A stretch of DNA of 61,468 bases from positions 1 to 61,468 of the IMG/VR virus record IMGVR_UViG_3300025308_000073; one strand, written 5' to 3'. Both the position numbers and the translations under genes were made by a program. A model generated the notes under the pieces. The model saw only the letters and a list, made by a program, of their open reading frames with translations. It ran no database searches and was not told the origin of the DNA. Below, in pieces: positions 16,705-24,281 of the stretch. The number at the start of each line of letters is the position of its first letter. Position 1 is the first letter of the stretch. Source of the stretch: a virus (Duplodnaviria > Caudoviricetes).

Positions 16705-17468
16705 ACCAGCTCAGTGCAATTCTCACCCAGCAATCCCGCGTCGATTCGTGCGATACACACGGTGAATTTGAAAGCCGAAATCTGTTCAACCAGGTCTGGT
16801 CGAAATGCCCTCAGTGTGCCGCCGATAAGCAGGCGACAGACCAGCGCGAGGCTGAGGAAAAAGCGGCAGCACTCAGGCACCAGGAGTGGCAGAAGAAGCT
16901 TGGCGAGGCGGTGATACCGGATCGGTTTAGGACTCGGACGCTGGGCAGCTATGTTGCCGCGAACGATGGCCAGCGGCGTGCCCTGGCGTTTGCCAAGGAT
17001 TACGCTGAGCGGTTCGATGAGGTGCTGGCAAAGGGGCGCGGTGCGATATTTTGCGGAAAACCCGGAACCGGCAAGACCCACCTTGCGGTCGGGATCGGTC
17101 TGCACATCATGCAGCGCAACCGGCTGGTGCTGTTCGTCACCGCGCAGCGCATGTTCTGCCGCATCAAGGATTCGTGGCGCAAAGATTCGCACGAATCTCA
17201 AGGCGATGTGATTCGCTTACTCAGCCAGCCTGATTTATTGATTCTGGACGAGATCGGCGTGCAGTTCGGCTCTAAGTTCGAGGAAGAAGCCTTGTTCGAT
17301 GTGATGAACGAGCGGTACGAAAAGCGCAAGCCAACGCTGCTGTTGTCGAACAAGGACGAGTCCGAGGTGCGCGCGCTGATCGGCGAGCGCGTCTATGACC
17401 GGCTGCGCGAGGATGGCGGTGTATGCGTGCCGTTTGGCTGGGAATCGCACAGAGGGAGGATGGCTTGA
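16701..17468 (+). CDS. DnaC/IstB-like helicase-loader ATPase
   Basis: GKPGTGKTHLA, LLILDEIG, RYEKRKPT...SN, RVYDRL; ATGA overlap. Confidence 0.92.
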   Translation: MNQLSAILTQQSRVDSCDTHGEFESRNLFNQVWSKCPQCAADKQATDQREAEEKAAALRHQEWQKKLGEAVIPDRFRTRTLGSYVAANDGQRRALAFAKDYAERFDEVLAKGRGAIFCGKPGTGKTHLAVGIGLHIMQRNRLVLFVTAQRMFCRIKDSWRKDSHESQGDVIRLLSQPDLLILDEIGVQFGSKFEEEALFDVMNERYEKRKPTLLLSNKDESEVRALIGERVYDRLREDGGVCVPFGWESHRGRMA

Positions 17469-18202
17469 ATGAGCTGGCATTATTTGCGGGGGGGGGCGGT
17501 AGTGTGCTGGCCGGAAAGCTCATTGGATGGCGCACCGTCTGCGCTGTTGAGCTTGATGCCGGAGCACGGCAGATCATGCTCAACCGGCAACGAGACGGAG
17601 TGCTTGAACAATTCCCAATATGGGATGACGTGCGCACCTTCGACGGAATGCTGTGGCGCGGAAGTGTTGATGTCATCACGGGTGGATTCCCTTGCCAGGA
17701 CATCAGCCAATGCGGAGCCGGTGCAGGTATTGCGGGAACAAGATCAGGATTGTGGGTGGAAATGGCAAGGATCATTCGCCAAATACAACCCAGGCTTGTC
17801 GTTGTGGAAAACAGCCCAATGCTCACTTCTCGTGGACTTGGAACAGTCCTTGGAGATTTGGCCTCAATGGGGATGGATGCGCGATGGGGAGTGTTCAGAG
17901 CTTCAACCATTGGAGCGGCTCACCATAGAGCGAGGATTTTCATGGTTGCTTACTCCGACAGCTCAATCTTGGAAAGCATGGACATTCCGAAACCCGCTTG
18001 CATTGATACGAAAAAATCACGCAGACGGCAATTTGCAAGAGCAATTGATGCGGCTTTACCAGCGGATGACTACGCCTCGATGCCAAGAAATCCTGATGAT
18101 GTGGCCCGAGGGATGGACGGACTCAAAGCCACTGGAAACGGATGGGTTCCTGCAATGGCAGCAGGAGCAATTTATAAGCTGTGCAAGGGCGTGATGGCAT
18201 GA
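17465..18202 (+). CDS. C5 cytosine DNA methyltransferase, alpha polypeptide
   Basis: TTG start after GGGAGG. Motifs I (LFAGGGG), IV (GGFPCQD), VI (VENS), VIII (HHRARIF) and X (LKATGNGWVP); motif IX not seen in this frame. Confidence 0.88.
   Translation: MNELALFAGGGGSVLAGKLIGWRTVCAVELDAGARQIMLNRQRDGVLEQFPIWDDVRTFDGMLWRGSVDVITGGFPCQDISQCGAGAGIAGTRSGLWVEMARIIRQIQPRLVVVENSPMLTSRGLGTVLGDLASMGMDARWGVFRASTIGAAHHRARIFMVAYSDSSILESMDIPKPACIDTKKSRRRQFARAIDAALPADDYASMPRNPDDVARGMDGLKATGNGWVPAMAAGAIYKLCKGVMA
17469..18194 (+). CDS. overlapping +1-frame ORF, putative methyltransferase beta polypeptide
   Basis: 241 codons open inside the MTase gene; ends with motif IX-like RMTTPRCQEILMMWPEGWT. Confidence 0.6.
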   Translation: MSWHYLRGGAVVCWPESSLDGAPSALLSLMPEHGRSCSTGNETECLNNSQYGMTCAPSTECCGAEVLMSSRVDSLARTSANAEPVQVLREQDQDCGWKWQGSFAKYNPGLSLWKTAQCSLLVDLEQSLEIWPQWGWMRDGECSELQPLERLTIERGFSWLLTPTAQSWKAWTFRNPLALIRKNHADGNLQEQLMRLYQRMTTPRCQEILMMWPEGWTDSKPLETDGFLQWQQEQFISCARA

Positions 18203-18477
18203 CCGATCTGAAATCCAAACTCCTGCCGTTGCTGGCCAAGGCCACATCCCAAGCGCCGGTAAGCACCGACACGCTGGCGCAGGGGCATCGTAGGCGCGAT
18301 GTTGAGGCTGCACTGACGGGCATGTATCAGGCGCGCATTGTCGGGTGCTGCAAGCTCATTAAAGGCGGCAATGAAAGCGTTCTCTGGTGGCTGGTCGGGC
18401 ATACGGAAAAAACTCCGACGTACCTGCTTGCCAAAAATGCCAAGGCCAGGCGAGCGTCTGCGGAAGCGGAGATATGA
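18199..18477 (+). CDS. hypothetical protein
   Basis: ATGA overlaps at both ends. Confidence 0.6.
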   Translation: MTDLKSKLLPLLAKATSQAPVSTDTLAQGHRRRDVEAALTGMYQARIVGCCKLIKGGNESVLWWLVGHTEKTPTYLLAKNAKARRASAEAEI

Positions 18478-18995
18478 GCAAGCTCACCATCGCGCGCACC
18501 GACGCAGCCATGCCGTCCGGCACGGCCTTGGATGGCGTTCGCTCGTTCCTGTTCGGCGTTCTGGACGGCTTCGGACAGGACGATAAAAAGGCGTGGCGGC
18601 GATTCTGGAAGCGTGTCACGCAGGCGGAGCCGGGGGAAATGTTCAACGTCGAGGTGGTTTCGCCGCGCTCCGGTAAATTCCACCGTTTCCACATGGCGAT
18701 GGAGCAAAGCCTGTTTGATTCTCAGGATCGGTTCGATGATTTCGAGATGTTGCGGTCGTGGCTGAAGATCGGGTCTGGCTGGGTCAAGTGGGTTCCGGGC
18801 GCAAAAGGCGGAATTGTGCCGCTGCCGAAGTCGATCAGCTACGCGAAGGCTGACGAAGATGAATTTCAAAAATACCACGCGGGCGTTGTGCGGTTCCTGC
18901 GCGGCGGGCACGCGGCAAAGTACCTGTGGCCGCACCTTGATCAGCAGGCGCGCGATGAAATGATGGAGTGCATCTTGCAGGTGTTTGAGCAATGA
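18474..18995 (+). CDS. DUF1367-like phage protein
   Basis: PRSGKFHR...FEMLRSWLKIGSG...PKSISYAKADEDEF. Confidence 0.7.
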   Translation: MSKLTIARTDAAMPSGTALDGVRSFLFGVLDGFGQDDKKAWRRFWKRVTQAEPGEMFNVEVVSPRSGKFHRFHMAMEQSLFDSQDRFDDFEMLRSWLKIGSGWVKWVPGAKGGIVPLPKSISYAKADEDEFQKYHAGVVRFLRGGHAAKYLWPHLDQQARDEMMECILQVFEQ

Positions 18996-19315
18996 GCCTG
19001 CTTAAACAACGCCGCCACGAATCACGCTACCTGCGCGACAGCGCGCGCGGCCAGCCGTGTTTGGTTCGCATTCCCGGCGTATGCAACCACGATCCCGCTA
19101 CAACAATACTGGCGCATTTGAATGGCGGCGGTATGGGCACGAAGAAATCAGATTTATTTGGCGCATTCTGTTGTTCCTCTTGCCATGACGTGCTTGATGG
19201 ACGCGCTCGTGTTTCGCCACCGTATACAGTAATGCAAATTGAGCTGATGCACCATGAGGGCGTTGAGCGCACGCAACAGCACTGGCTTGACGTTGGCTTG
19301 GTGGTGTTGAAGTGA
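18992..19315 (+). CDS. DUF1364 (YbcO-like) protein
   Basis: LRDSARGQPCLVRIPGVCNHDPATTILAH...GMGTK..D..GAFCCSSCHD. Confidence 0.85.
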   Translation: MSLLKQRRHESRYLRDSARGQPCLVRIPGVCNHDPATTILAHLNGGGMGTKKSDLFGAFCCSSCHDVLDGRARVSPPYTVMQIELMHHEGVERTQQHWLDVGLVVLK

Positions 19316-19467
19316 GCCTGTGCCACACATGCGACAACCGCGCCTTGCGCCAGATTGGTGGTTTTGCGATTTGGGGATGCCTCAAGCGCAAGATCAGGTT
19401 CGGGAATGAAACAGACTGGAAGGCCGGAAAGAATCAGCCCAAATCGTGTGTGGATTACGCGAAATGA
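19312..19467 (+). CDS. hypothetical 51-aa Cys-containing protein (not in the ORF track)
   Basis: GTGA and ATGA overlaps with both neighbours. Confidence 0.5.
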   Translation: MSLCHTCDNRALRQIGGFAIWGCLKRKIRFGNETDWKAGKNQPKSCVDYAK

Positions 19468-19817
19468 AGCAATCCGCGCCAGAAGCTGCATTTGCCCTGC
19501 ACTGCCGGGCGCACAAGCTGAATCCTGTGCCTGAATTCAAGTTTCATCCGGTGCGGAAGTGGCGCGCTGACTTCGCTTTCCCTGCGCACATGATCCTGGT
19601 GGAGATCGAGGGTGGCGTGTGGGTGAATGGTAGGCATAACCGGGGCGCAGGGTATTCGGCGGATTGTGAGAAGTATTCGCACGCGGCATTGCTTGGGTAT
19701 CGGGTATTTAGGTTCACACCAGACATGGTGAAGAGTGGGGAGGCGGTGCAGATGATTAAAGCGGCTTTGGATAACGAAAGGGTGCGGCGTGAATATCTTT
19801 GCAAAGTGGTTTGGTGA
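19464..19817 (+). CDS. PD-(D/E)XK endonuclease
   Basis: EFKFHPVRKWRADFA....LVEIEGGVW..GRH......DCEKY. Confidence 0.75.
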   Translation: MKQSAPEAAFALHCRAHKLNPVPEFKFHPVRKWRADFAFPAHMILVEIEGGVWVNGRHNRGAGYSADCEKYSHAALLGYRVFRFTPDMVKSGEAVQMIKAALDNERVRREYLCKVVW

Positions 19818-19971
19818 TTTGGCGGCGGCGCGCAGGCTGAAAAAGTTGAAGTCAGCATTTAAGGTGGTGGAGGATGCCGGGTTCTGCGTTTGCAACATCC
19901 AGCAGCGCGGTGGCGTCAACTACTTGGTGGGTGGCAAGGGAGGCTGGTACAAGATTGGAAAGCGGACATGA
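19789..19971 (+). CDS. hypothetical protein
   Basis: Operon packing only. Confidence 0.45.
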   Translation: MNIFAKWFGDLAAARRLKKLKSAFKVVEDAGFCVCNIQQRGGVNYLVGGKGGWYKIGKRT

Positions 19972-20150
19972 GTAGTAATGCACTTCCAGCCTTTATGTAC
20001 CGCGACCCAATGGAAGCCGCCATGCGCGCCGAGGCGACGCGCTGCGATGGTTGTAGGCATCTGACCAAGCTGCTCGACCGGGAGTTCTGTGGTGCCGGCC
20101 GCCGCACGTTGACGCGGTGTAAAAAATTCGACGATAAAAAAAGGGGGTAG
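19968..20150 (+). CDS. hypothetical Cys-containing protein
   Basis: ATGA overlap; YRDPM...CDGC.H...C. Confidence 0.55.
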   Translation: MSSNALPAFMYRDPMEAAMRAEATRCDGCRHLTKLLDREFCGAGRRTLTRCKKFDDKKRG

Positions 20151-20154
20151 ACGC

Positions 20155-20667
20155 ATGTTCAAGTCCGCGCATCATGCTTTGCAATTCGCCTTCAGGACAC
20201 TTGGCATGCCCATCGTCAAAATGTCGTCGGTCAATTCGATGCGCGGCGCCAGCGGTAACGGCGATATGACGCCTCACGACCGGCATGCCCAGGCGGCGAT
20301 GATCCTGGCTCTTGTTGAGCGTGTGGTAGATGTAAATGGGCAGGCATACGTGAGGGCGCATTACGGCAGGGAGCTTGCTGGCGGGGAGCATGAGCGCGCA
20401 CTGGTAAATCATCTGGTGCGCGTGGTGATCGGGACGCTCCCGACCGGCACCCACTACCCGCGTGGTGTTGAGAAGTTGGTGCGCAATTATTTCGGCCAGA
20501 ATATAGGCATGAGCGCGGTGCGGTGCGATATGCGCTGCGGAATCAAGAAGGCGAACGAGTACCGGGATTGGGTGCATCAGGCATTGGACGCAATCGGGAG
20601 GCGCGCCGAATATGAGGTTGACGTGGCATTGCGCGGTGCCGGGCTAATACTGGAAGAGGCCGCATAA
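20155..20667 (+). CDS. putative late-gene regulator (Q position)
   Basis: Last early gene before a promoter-terminator and the lysis genes; function inferred from position. Confidence 0.45.
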   Translation: MFKSAHHALQFAFRTLGMPIVKMSSVNSMRGASGNGDMTPHDRHAQAAMILALVERVVDVNGQAYVRAHYGRELAGGEHERALVNHLVRVVIGTLPTGTHYPRGVEKLVRNYFGQNIGMSAVRCDMRCGIKKANEYRDWVHQALDAIGRRAEYEVDVALRGAGLILEEAA

Positions 20668-20673
20668 AAACCA

Positions 20674-20706
20674 CTTGATTTTTTTTTGATCTACCAGTAG
20701 AAGTAA
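20674..20706 (+). promoter_or_regulatory. putative late promoter
   Basis: CTTGATT-17-TAGAAGTAA; the same motif recurs at 42225..42256. Confidence 0.55.
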
Positions 20707-20744
20707 AAACCGTAGTGTGGGGTTTCTGCCCACTAAATAATTTC

Positions 20745-20768
20745 AAGCCCGCCCTGTGCGGGCTTTTT
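20745..20768 (+). terminator. tR'-like terminator before the lysis genes
   Basis: AAGCCCGC-CCTGT-GCGGGCTT followed by TTT. Confidence 0.75.
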
Positions 20769-20781
20769 ATTTGAGGTCGCA

Positions 20782-21315
20782 ATGCAACTGACTGAGCACT
20801 TTTCACTGGAAGAACTTCTCGCGTCGGATACGGCAACTCGTCTTGGTATCGACAACACGCCGCCGGAGAGCGTGATCGACAACCTGTTAAAGACGGCAAC
20901 ACTGGCCGAAGCGATCCGTGCGGCGTTGACAGAAGAGGCGATGCGTACAGTATTCATCGTTGTGACATCCGGCTATCGCTGCGAGGCGCTTGAGCGCGTG
21001 CTGACCAAGAACGACTTCGCGGAGTGGTGCCGGAAGCGCGATATTCAGACCGATGATGTCGCATGGCGCATGTACTTCCGCGACAAGGCGCATCCGAAAG
21101 GCAAGAGCTTGGACTTCAAGGCTCCGTGCTTCGGCACGCCGTACCAGATTGTTCAATTCATAGCCTCGCGCCCGGACATTATGGCGCAGATCGACAAGAT
21201 CATCATGGAAGGCAATTGGGTGCATGTGTGCTGGAGTGATAAGCCTCGGCATGAGGTTTGGACGGCATCGTTCGACAAAACCGGTAGGCCGACCTACACG
21301 AAAGGACTGGCATGA
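20782..21315 (+). CDS. peptidase M15-family endolysin
   Basis: LTEHFSLEEL..S.TA.RLGIDNTP, TSGYRC, H..G...D, WVHV. Confidence 0.85.
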   Translation: MQLTEHFSLEELLASDTATRLGIDNTPPESVIDNLLKTATLAEAIRAALTEEAMRTVFIVVTSGYRCEALERVLTKNDFAEWCRKRDIQTDDVAWRMYFRDKAHPKGKSLDFKAPCFGTPYQIVQFIASRPDIMAQIDKIIMEGNWVHVCWSDKPRHEVWTASFDKTGRPTYTKGLA

Positions 21316-21734
21316 TTGATCCGATTACACTGGGAGGGGTATTTAATATCGGCGGGAAGCTGATCGATAAATTATTCCCCAACCCGGAAGAGAAGGCGAG
21401 GGCGCAACTCGAATTACTGCGCCTGCAGCAGGCCGGCGAGCTGGACGAGATGAAAACCCAGTTATCCGCCATCATTGCTGAAGCACAAAGCGCCGATCCG
21501 TGGACAAGCCGGGCGCGCCCCTCGTTCCTGTATGTGGTTTATATTCTCCTGTTGTGGTCTATCCCGATGGGGGTTTTGACTATATTCAACCCCGAGGCTG
21601 CCGCCGCGTTTACCGCAGGATTCAAAGCCTGGATGCAGTCCATACCGGAGCCGGTGCTGACATTGTTTGGTTCGGTCATGCTCGGATACGTAGCTGGGCG
21701 TAGTTGGGAGAAGGTCAAGGGGGCTGCGAAATGA
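21312..21734 (+). CDS. holin (GTA 3TM holin-like)
   Basis: LIDKLFP.P.EKA.AQ.EL...AEAQS...WTSRARP.F.Y...LGY...RSWEK. Confidence 0.85.
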   Translation: MIDPITLGGVFNIGGKLIDKLFPNPEEKARAQLELLRLQQAGELDEMKTQLSAIIAEAQSADPWTSRARPSFLYVVYILLLWSIPMGVLTIFNPEAAAAFTAGFKAWMQSIPEPVLTLFGSVMLGYVAGRSWEKVKGAAK

Positions 21735-22042
21735 TCGATCAAGCCCATGCCGTGCTGGATGTGCGCGTCACCAATCTGGAAAAAGTGGTCGAGCGCGTAT
21801 CAACAGCAGTCGAGTCAATCGATGGATCTCTCAAGATGCTTACCCGACTGGATGTCAAGCACGAAGAAGCCAGCAAGGGGTTGGATCGCGCCTTTGTCAA
21901 CATCAAGGATCACGAAACGCGCATCCACGGGCTTGAATTGGAAATGCCTACTATGAAACTGGTGCGCGGCTGGGTGATAACCGGAGCCATTGCATTGGTT
22001 GGACTGATGGGCGTGTCGATTGCCAATCTGGTGTTGAAATGA
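21731..22042 (+). CDS. coiled-coil protein with C-terminal TM (lysis region)
   Basis: ATGA overlaps; C-terminal hydrophobic helix. Confidence 0.55.
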   Translation: MIDQAHAVLDVRVTNLEKVVERVSTAVESIDGSLKMLTRLDVKHEEASKGLDRAFVNIKDHETRIHGLELEMPTMKLVRGWVITGAIALVGLMGVSIANLVLK

Positions 22043-22773
22043 GCAACCCCCCAAAGCATTCCAAAGCCGCCGAGAAGGCACATCCGGCACCGAAGCGGGA
22101 GAGCTTTAAGACCGCAAAGGCTTACGCCGAGGCTTGCCGGTTGGTGTGCGAGGCAAGGATAGAGTTCGATAAAGCTGCCAAATCCGTCAAGGCTAAGGTA
22201 TCAGCCAAGTCAAAGCAATCGACTGTAGCGCGTCCTGGCGGCTCAAAAAACAAGCAAAAGTCTGAAACGGCAGCAAAACCGCTGACCACGGCGCAGAAGC
22301 TGGATGCGATCGGCATTGATGCGGTATGCGAGAAGGTCGCTGATTGCATGACGCTGCAAGTTATAGCCAACGAGGTTGGGGTTTCCAAGGGGTCGTTGAT
22401 TGCGTGGCTGGCTAATTATTCTGACCAATACACGCGCGCGCGCGAGGCGCAGGCAGACAAGATGGCCGAGGACATCCTTGCGATTGCTGATGAAGGCGGG
22501 CTTGAGCCGGTGATGATTGATGACGCTCCGCTGATGTTTGACGGGAAGCCTGTAATGACCGTTTCAAATGCAGCCGTTCAACAGGCGAAGCTGCGGGTTG
22601 ATGCCCGGAAATGGCTGGCAGGCAAGATGGCACCAAAGAAATACGGCGACCGCTTAAACCTTGATGCTGATGTGAGGGTTGTCGATCTTACTGACGAACA
22701 GGTAAATGCAAAGCTGGCAGAGCTGGCCGCGAAAGCGCGCAGCCGCCAGGACTGCAATGGAACTGACGCTTGA
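22039..22773 (+). CDS. terminase small subunit
   Basis: YTRAREAQAD..AEDILAIAD...AKLRVDARKWLAGKMAPKKYGD. Confidence 0.88.
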   Translation: MSNPPKHSKAAEKAHPAPKRESFKTAKAYAEACRLVCEARIEFDKAAKSVKAKVSAKSKQSTVARPGGSKNKQKSETAAKPLTTAQKLDAIGIDAVCEKVADCMTLQVIANEVGVSKGSLIAWLANYSDQYTRAREAQADKMAEDILAIADEGGLEPVMIDDAPLMFDGKPVMTVSNAAVQQAKLRVDARKWLAGKMAPKKYGDRLNLDADVRVVDLTDEQVNAKLAELAAKARSRQDCNGTDA

Positions 22774-23500
22774 AGAGCTGAACCGGCTTAATCCGGTAGA
22801 GCGCAGGCAGTACCTTGAGCTTATTCTCGACCTGGAAAGGCGCAAGAGCCGGAATAAGATCGATGAGTATTACCCTGACACCGGCCCGCTGCGCAGGGAA
22901 CTATACGCCAAACACCTGGAGTTTTTCGAGGCTGGCGCGACATACCGCGAACGCTGCGCGATGTGTGCCAACCGGATCGGCAAGACCGAGGGGATGGGCG
23001 GGTATGAAACGGCGACACATCTGACCGGCACCTATCCTGACTGGTGGACTGGGCGCAGATTCAAGAAGCCGGTGGAGTTTTGGGCGGCCGGCAAAACCTA
23101 TGAAACCACGCGCGACATCGTGCAAGCCAAGCTGTTTGGCAAGGTGGATGATTGTGGTAACCGCAAAACCGTGACAGGCACCGGCTTGGTGCGCGGATCA
23201 ACTGTTGGCGACATAACTTGGAAGCAGGGCGTGCAAGACCTGATCGACACCGTGCAGATACGGCATTCATCGGGGGGGTGGTCAACGCTTGGCATTAAGT
23301 GTTACCAGCAAGGGCGCGGAGCCTTTGAGGGTACAGAGAAGGACGGCATCTGGCTGGATGAAGAGCCGCCGATCGACATCTATGGCGAGTGTTTGATCCG
23401 TACAGCGACGACAAATGGGCTGGTTTACATCACATTCACACCTCTGGAAGGTGTGACGGAAACGGTGATGCAGTTTTTGCCGGAGGGGGTTGATGCCTAA
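22757..23500 (+). CDS. terminase large subunit, ATPase part (P22-like)
   Basis: ANRIGKT, HLTG.YPDWW.GRRF, IWLDEEPP, ITFTPL. Confidence 0.88.
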   Translation: MELTLEELNRLNPVERRQYLELILDLERRKSRNKIDEYYPDTGPLRRELYAKHLEFFEAGATYRERCAMCANRIGKTEGMGGYETATHLTGTYPDWWTGRRFKKPVEFWAAGKTYETTRDIVQAKLFGKVDDCGNRKTVTGTGLVRGSTVGDITWKQGVQDLIDTVQIRHSSGGWSTLGIKCYQQGRGAFEGTEKDGIWLDEEPPIDIYGECLIRTATTNGLVYITFTPLEGVTETVMQFLPEGVDA

Positions 23501-24281
23501 GGTTTCCGGATCAGAATCAAAGTATCTGGTGACGGCAGGCTGGGATGATGTGCCACACCTGGACGAAAAGACCAAGAAGGAGCTGCTGAACGCCACGCCG
23601 ATACACCTGCGCGATGCGCGCTCAAAGGGTGTCCCGGCGATGGGTTCCGGACGGATATTCCAGATCGACGAGGAATTGATACGGGTGGAGCCGTTCGCGA
23701 TACCGAGCCACTGGCCGCGGCTGGCGGCAATCGATTTTGGATGGGATCACCCTGCCGGCATGGTCTGGATCGCGTGGGACAGGGATGCCGATGTGGTGTA
23801 CGTCTACGACTGCGACCGGATGTCGGAAGCGCTACTGCCTGTCCAGGCTGCGGCAATTACTGGTCGCGGAAAGTGGATACCGTGTTCATGGCCACACGAC
23901 GGCTATCAGGTCAAGGATGCCAATACCGGTGAGCAGCATGCGGTGCAGTTCCGCAATGCCGGGGTGAATATGCGGCCGGAACATGCTCAATTTGCCGAAT
24001 CTCAGACGATTGGCGAGACAAAGAAAAGCCGGATATCGACTGAGGCAGGGATTCAGGAAATGCTCACACGTATGAGCACTGGCAAGCTCAAGGTGTTCTC
24101 GCACCTGAGTAAATGGTTTGAAGAGTTCCGGCTGTATCACCGCAAGAGCGGATTGATTGTAAAGCTGCGCGATGACATTTTATCTGCCACGCGCCTGACT
24201 ATTATGGATTTGCGGTTCGCCATTACGGAACCGCGTGCAGACAAGGGAATGGACTATGGCGCAAAGGCAGACTGGTTCTGA
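23493..24281 (+). CDS. terminase large subunit, nuclease part
   Basis: WDDVPHL...DARSKGVP..GSGRIF, IDFGWDHP, WPHDG, EEFRLYHR, DDILSATR. Confidence 0.88.
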   Translation: MPKVSGSESKYLVTAGWDDVPHLDEKTKKELLNATPIHLRDARSKGVPAMGSGRIFQIDEELIRVEPFAIPSHWPRLAAIDFGWDHPAGMVWIAWDRDADVVYVYDCDRMSEALLPVQAAAITGRGKWIPCSWPHDGYQVKDANTGEQHAVQFRNAGVNMRPEHAQFAESQTIGETKKSRISTEAGIQEMLTRMSTGKLKVFSHLSKWFEEFRLYHRKSGLIVKLRDDILSATRLTIMDLRFAITEPRADKGMDYGAKADWF

